Shown: in pieces, positions 35,551 through 38,291 of the stretch | How the letters are laid out: each line of letters starts with the position of its first letter | Position numbering within the stretch: the stretch's first letter is position 1 | Assembly: GCF_001194135.2 (NCBI RefSeq) | Contig: NC_068981.1 | Location: 23,895,708-23,933,998, forward strand | Source of the DNA: Octopus bimaculoides | Lineage: Eukaryota | DNA: 38,291 nucleotides | Direction of reading: 5' to 3' | Made by a program: the position numbers and the translations under genes | The notes under the pieces: model-generated | Told to the model about the DNA's origin: nothing | The model's database searches: none | Seen by the model: the letters and a program-made list of their open reading frames with translations, nothing else

Positions 35551-36159
35551 GAGATTCACAAACAATAACAGCAACAACATCAACAACAAAAACAACAGCT
35601 TCTCTTTTTAACTCATTCATTGCTTAAATCTAGGTGTTGATTATTTATATTTCAATTTCAAAATATTCATTCTATCTCATTCATTTAATTGCTTATTATT
35701 TGTAGTTTATTTTTGAATTTTTGAATTTTTTTATATTGTAGTTATGCTTTTTGTTTTACTTTTTTACTATTAAATTTTCCTGTTAAATTTTATTCTTGTT
35801 TGATATTTTACAGCTATGATTATTTTTCTTTTTTGTTTCATTGCTTTTTTTTTTCTTCTGTTTTATTTCGTTTCCGTTCCGTTTCCACTTTTGTCTTTGT
35901 CTATCACCCAACCCCCATCACCAGCCTCATCCTCTCAATACCAAAATTTTATAATTTGAATTCCACGGCAACGAATAGTATTTTTTAGCGGCGAGAATTT
36001 TATTTGAAATCCAGTAATTCTTCTGTCTTTGACAGAAATATTTGGTTAAAGAAATCTGTCTGCTAATGACAGCTTCTGTTTCATTAAATAGCATCAATAC
36101 TTTAATTACGAAGTATCGTCACTGTTCATTGGCACAATAATAAAATATAATATAATAAT

Positions 36160-36196
36160 GACATTGATGACGATGGTGATGACGAGGGTGGTGATG

Positions 36197-36228
<32 letters not shown>

Positions 36229-36272
36229 GATGATAAAAATGATGATGAAAATTATGATGATGGTGATGATGT
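36160..36272. repeat. (ATG)n/(GTG) microsatellite
   Basis: Directly visible; explains the poly-M ORF. Confidence 0.95.
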
Positions 36273-36816
36273 TTATTTATTATCATGACAGAAATGTCAG
36301 CGTCGATAATGCAGTCTCAAATTCTAGCGCCTTCCTAGATAAGCTGGTTGATTCCCATTTAGATGACAGAAGCCGTCTCTCGTCTCCCTCACTACTGCAC
36401 AACTGGCATTAAACTTCAGTAGCTGGAAACTTGAAAAAGATCGCAGCACTCAAAGACAATATTTTTCACAGTTCGATGACGACTACTATATATAATATTA
36501 TGACAATCTAACACACAAGCTTCTCTCTGTGGTCGTTCAACTTGCTAAGGATATCAACCAACTCGCATTACCGTCTGAGTAAAGAAGGACACATTAGACA
36601 AGGCAATCATATATAGAATGTCTTTAAATCAAAAGTCTGTTCAATCAGAAGCTGAAAGAACTGCGATCTCGCCTTCGAAAGGAATTTTCGAACGAGCAGA
36701 AATAGGAAGTATTTAATCTATAATTATGTGTTCGATTAAGTCTTAACCATCTTTTGCTTTTTTCGGTTTTCTTCACTTTTAAGCAGGATATTTCTATTTT
36801 CTTTCTTTCGTTAGAC

Positions 36817-37052
36817 CAGAGGTTCTCAACAGCTTTTACCTATGGCCCCTTTAATTCCCATCTTACTCTCCTGGATCTCCACAGTCATTCGCTGTATTGT
36901 GTGGTAAGTAACTTGCTTACCAACCACATGGTTTCGGGTTCAGTCCCACAGTGTGGCACCTTGGGCAAGTGTCTTCTACTATAGCCTCGAGCCGACCAAA
37001 GCCTTGTGAGTGGATATGGTAGTAGACGGAAATTGAAAGAAGCCTGTCGTAT

Positions 37053-37133
<81 letters not shown>

Positions 37134-37465
37134 TCCCCCAACATCGCTTGACCATCGATGCTGGTGTGTTTACGTCTCCATAACTTAGCGATTCGGCAAA
37201 AGAGACCGATAGAATAAGTACTAGGCTTACAAAGTTGATTTAGTTGATTTACTCAACTAAAGGCGGTACTTCAGCATGGCCGCAGTCAAATGACTGAAAC
37301 AAATGAAAGAAAAAAAGGAAAGAATAATATCTTACAATTTTAAGAATTGAACAAAAAATATTTTGTGTATTGTAGGACTATAACAAATTCATTGCGCATA
37401 AATTTTAACAACAAAATCTTATATGGACCCCCAAGGGCCTTATGGAACCCGGTTGAGAACCACTG
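36817..37465. mobile_element. hAT (Charlie-type) MITE interrupted by a SINE
   Basis: 14-bp TIRs CAGAGGTTCTCAAC and GTTGAGAACCACTG (13/14). The 8-bp flanks cgttagac and cactagag both keep the TAGA core of the Charlie target. Confidence 0.75.
36895..37310 (+). mobile_element. Near full-length family A SINE with internal (TG)n
   Basis: Head gtgtggtaag..ggttcagtcccac, body ..ccttgggcaagtgtcttctactatagcc.., (TG)n at 37035-37130, tail ..cagcatggccgcagtcaaatgactgaaac. Confidence 0.92.
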
Positions 37466-37824
37466 CACTAGAGCATCCATAATTTTTATGCTGCTCTTTT
37501 GAGTGCCTGTGAACGGCGAAGTGAATGGCTGTGGGAGACTGAATGATTAACAGACCTTCACTGCCAACACCACGTAGTCATCATCAATACACTAAACATT
37601 GATGATTGGGTCAGAACCGCCTTAGCACCATTATGAGAGCCCGGGTAAATCAATGCACTGGACCCTGTAAAATTATCTATCGATAGCAAGCCACAGTATA
37701 TATAGATCATAATCGAGCTTCCTTGACCCGTGGGCCCATGGGCAACTGCCTAGTGCTCCCATGTACAATTTAAGTATTGCAAACTTAGCAATGATCATCA
37801 TGCTACTTTTTAGACATTTCCGGT

Positions 37825-37975
37825 ACAGACATGGCTGTGTGGTTGAGAATCCCGCTTCGAAGTCAAGTGGTTCGGGTTCTGTCCTCCAGTACAGCACCTT
37901 GGGCAAGTGTCTTTTGTTATAGGCTCGTAACAACCAAAGCCTTGTAAGTGGATATGGTAAGCGTAAACCATATAA
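37825..37975 (+). mobile_element. Family A SINE, 5' part
   Basis: catggctgtgtggttgag..gcaccttgggcaagtgtctt..ccaaagccttgtaagtggat. Confidence 0.85.
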
Positions 37976-38002
37976 TATATATTGTTTCTTACTAAGCGGC
38001 AC

Positions 38003-38282
38003 TCAGTCGGTTACGACGATGAATGTTCTAGTTGATCCGATCAATTGAACAGCTTGCTCGTGGAACTAACGTGCAAGTGGCTGAGCACACAATATGCGTA
38101 CCCTTAACGTAGTCCTCTGGGAGAATCAACGTGAAACAGAATGTGACAAGCTGGCCCTTTGCATTACAGGTACATTTCCTTTTTGCCTGTTGATGTCTAA
38201 AGTGTCTTGCCCAAGGACACAATGCGTCGGGAATCAAACTCACGAACATACAATCATGCCCTAACCACTAGGCCACGCACTT
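38003..38282 (-). mobile_element. Family C SINE, internally deleted
   Basis: Alignable with 35235-35550 (gtcggttacgacga..gttgatccga..gcaagtggctgag..taaccactaggccac). Confidence 0.88.
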
Positions 38283-38291
38283 ATATATATA

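Noticed and set aside
36290-36430. Possible exon after the (ATG)n tract
   Set aside because: Only short open frames, no recognisable motif and no paired splice sites.

Overview
AT-rich, repeat-saturated eukaryotic genomic DNA from a draft short-read assembly, with ten N-gaps totalling about 4.1 kb. The SINE families and extreme microsatellite load suggest an octopus/coleoid cephalopod, which is an inference from recalled repeat families. I find no supportable host protein-coding gene; nearly all listed ORFs are microsatellite or gap read-throughs. The real coding signal is decayed transposable elements: an R4/Dong-clade REL LINE (2481-4930, -) plus a second REL fragment, two CR1-group LINEs, two Penelope-like elements (RT core; thumb plus GIY-YIG), two Helitron Rep/Hel fragments, an internally deleted Tc1 with D36E spacing, a hAT MITE and many tRNA-derived SINEs. 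The most interesting signal is two sequence-unrelated foldback insertions (19480-19931 and 21217-21504). Each is flanked by a 12-13 bp direct repeat and carries a minimal hammerhead-ribozyme motif in both arms. Both motifs have the same unusual core: CUGAAGA, one extra purine, stem II, GAA, and a self-complementary stem III that implies dimer cleavage.
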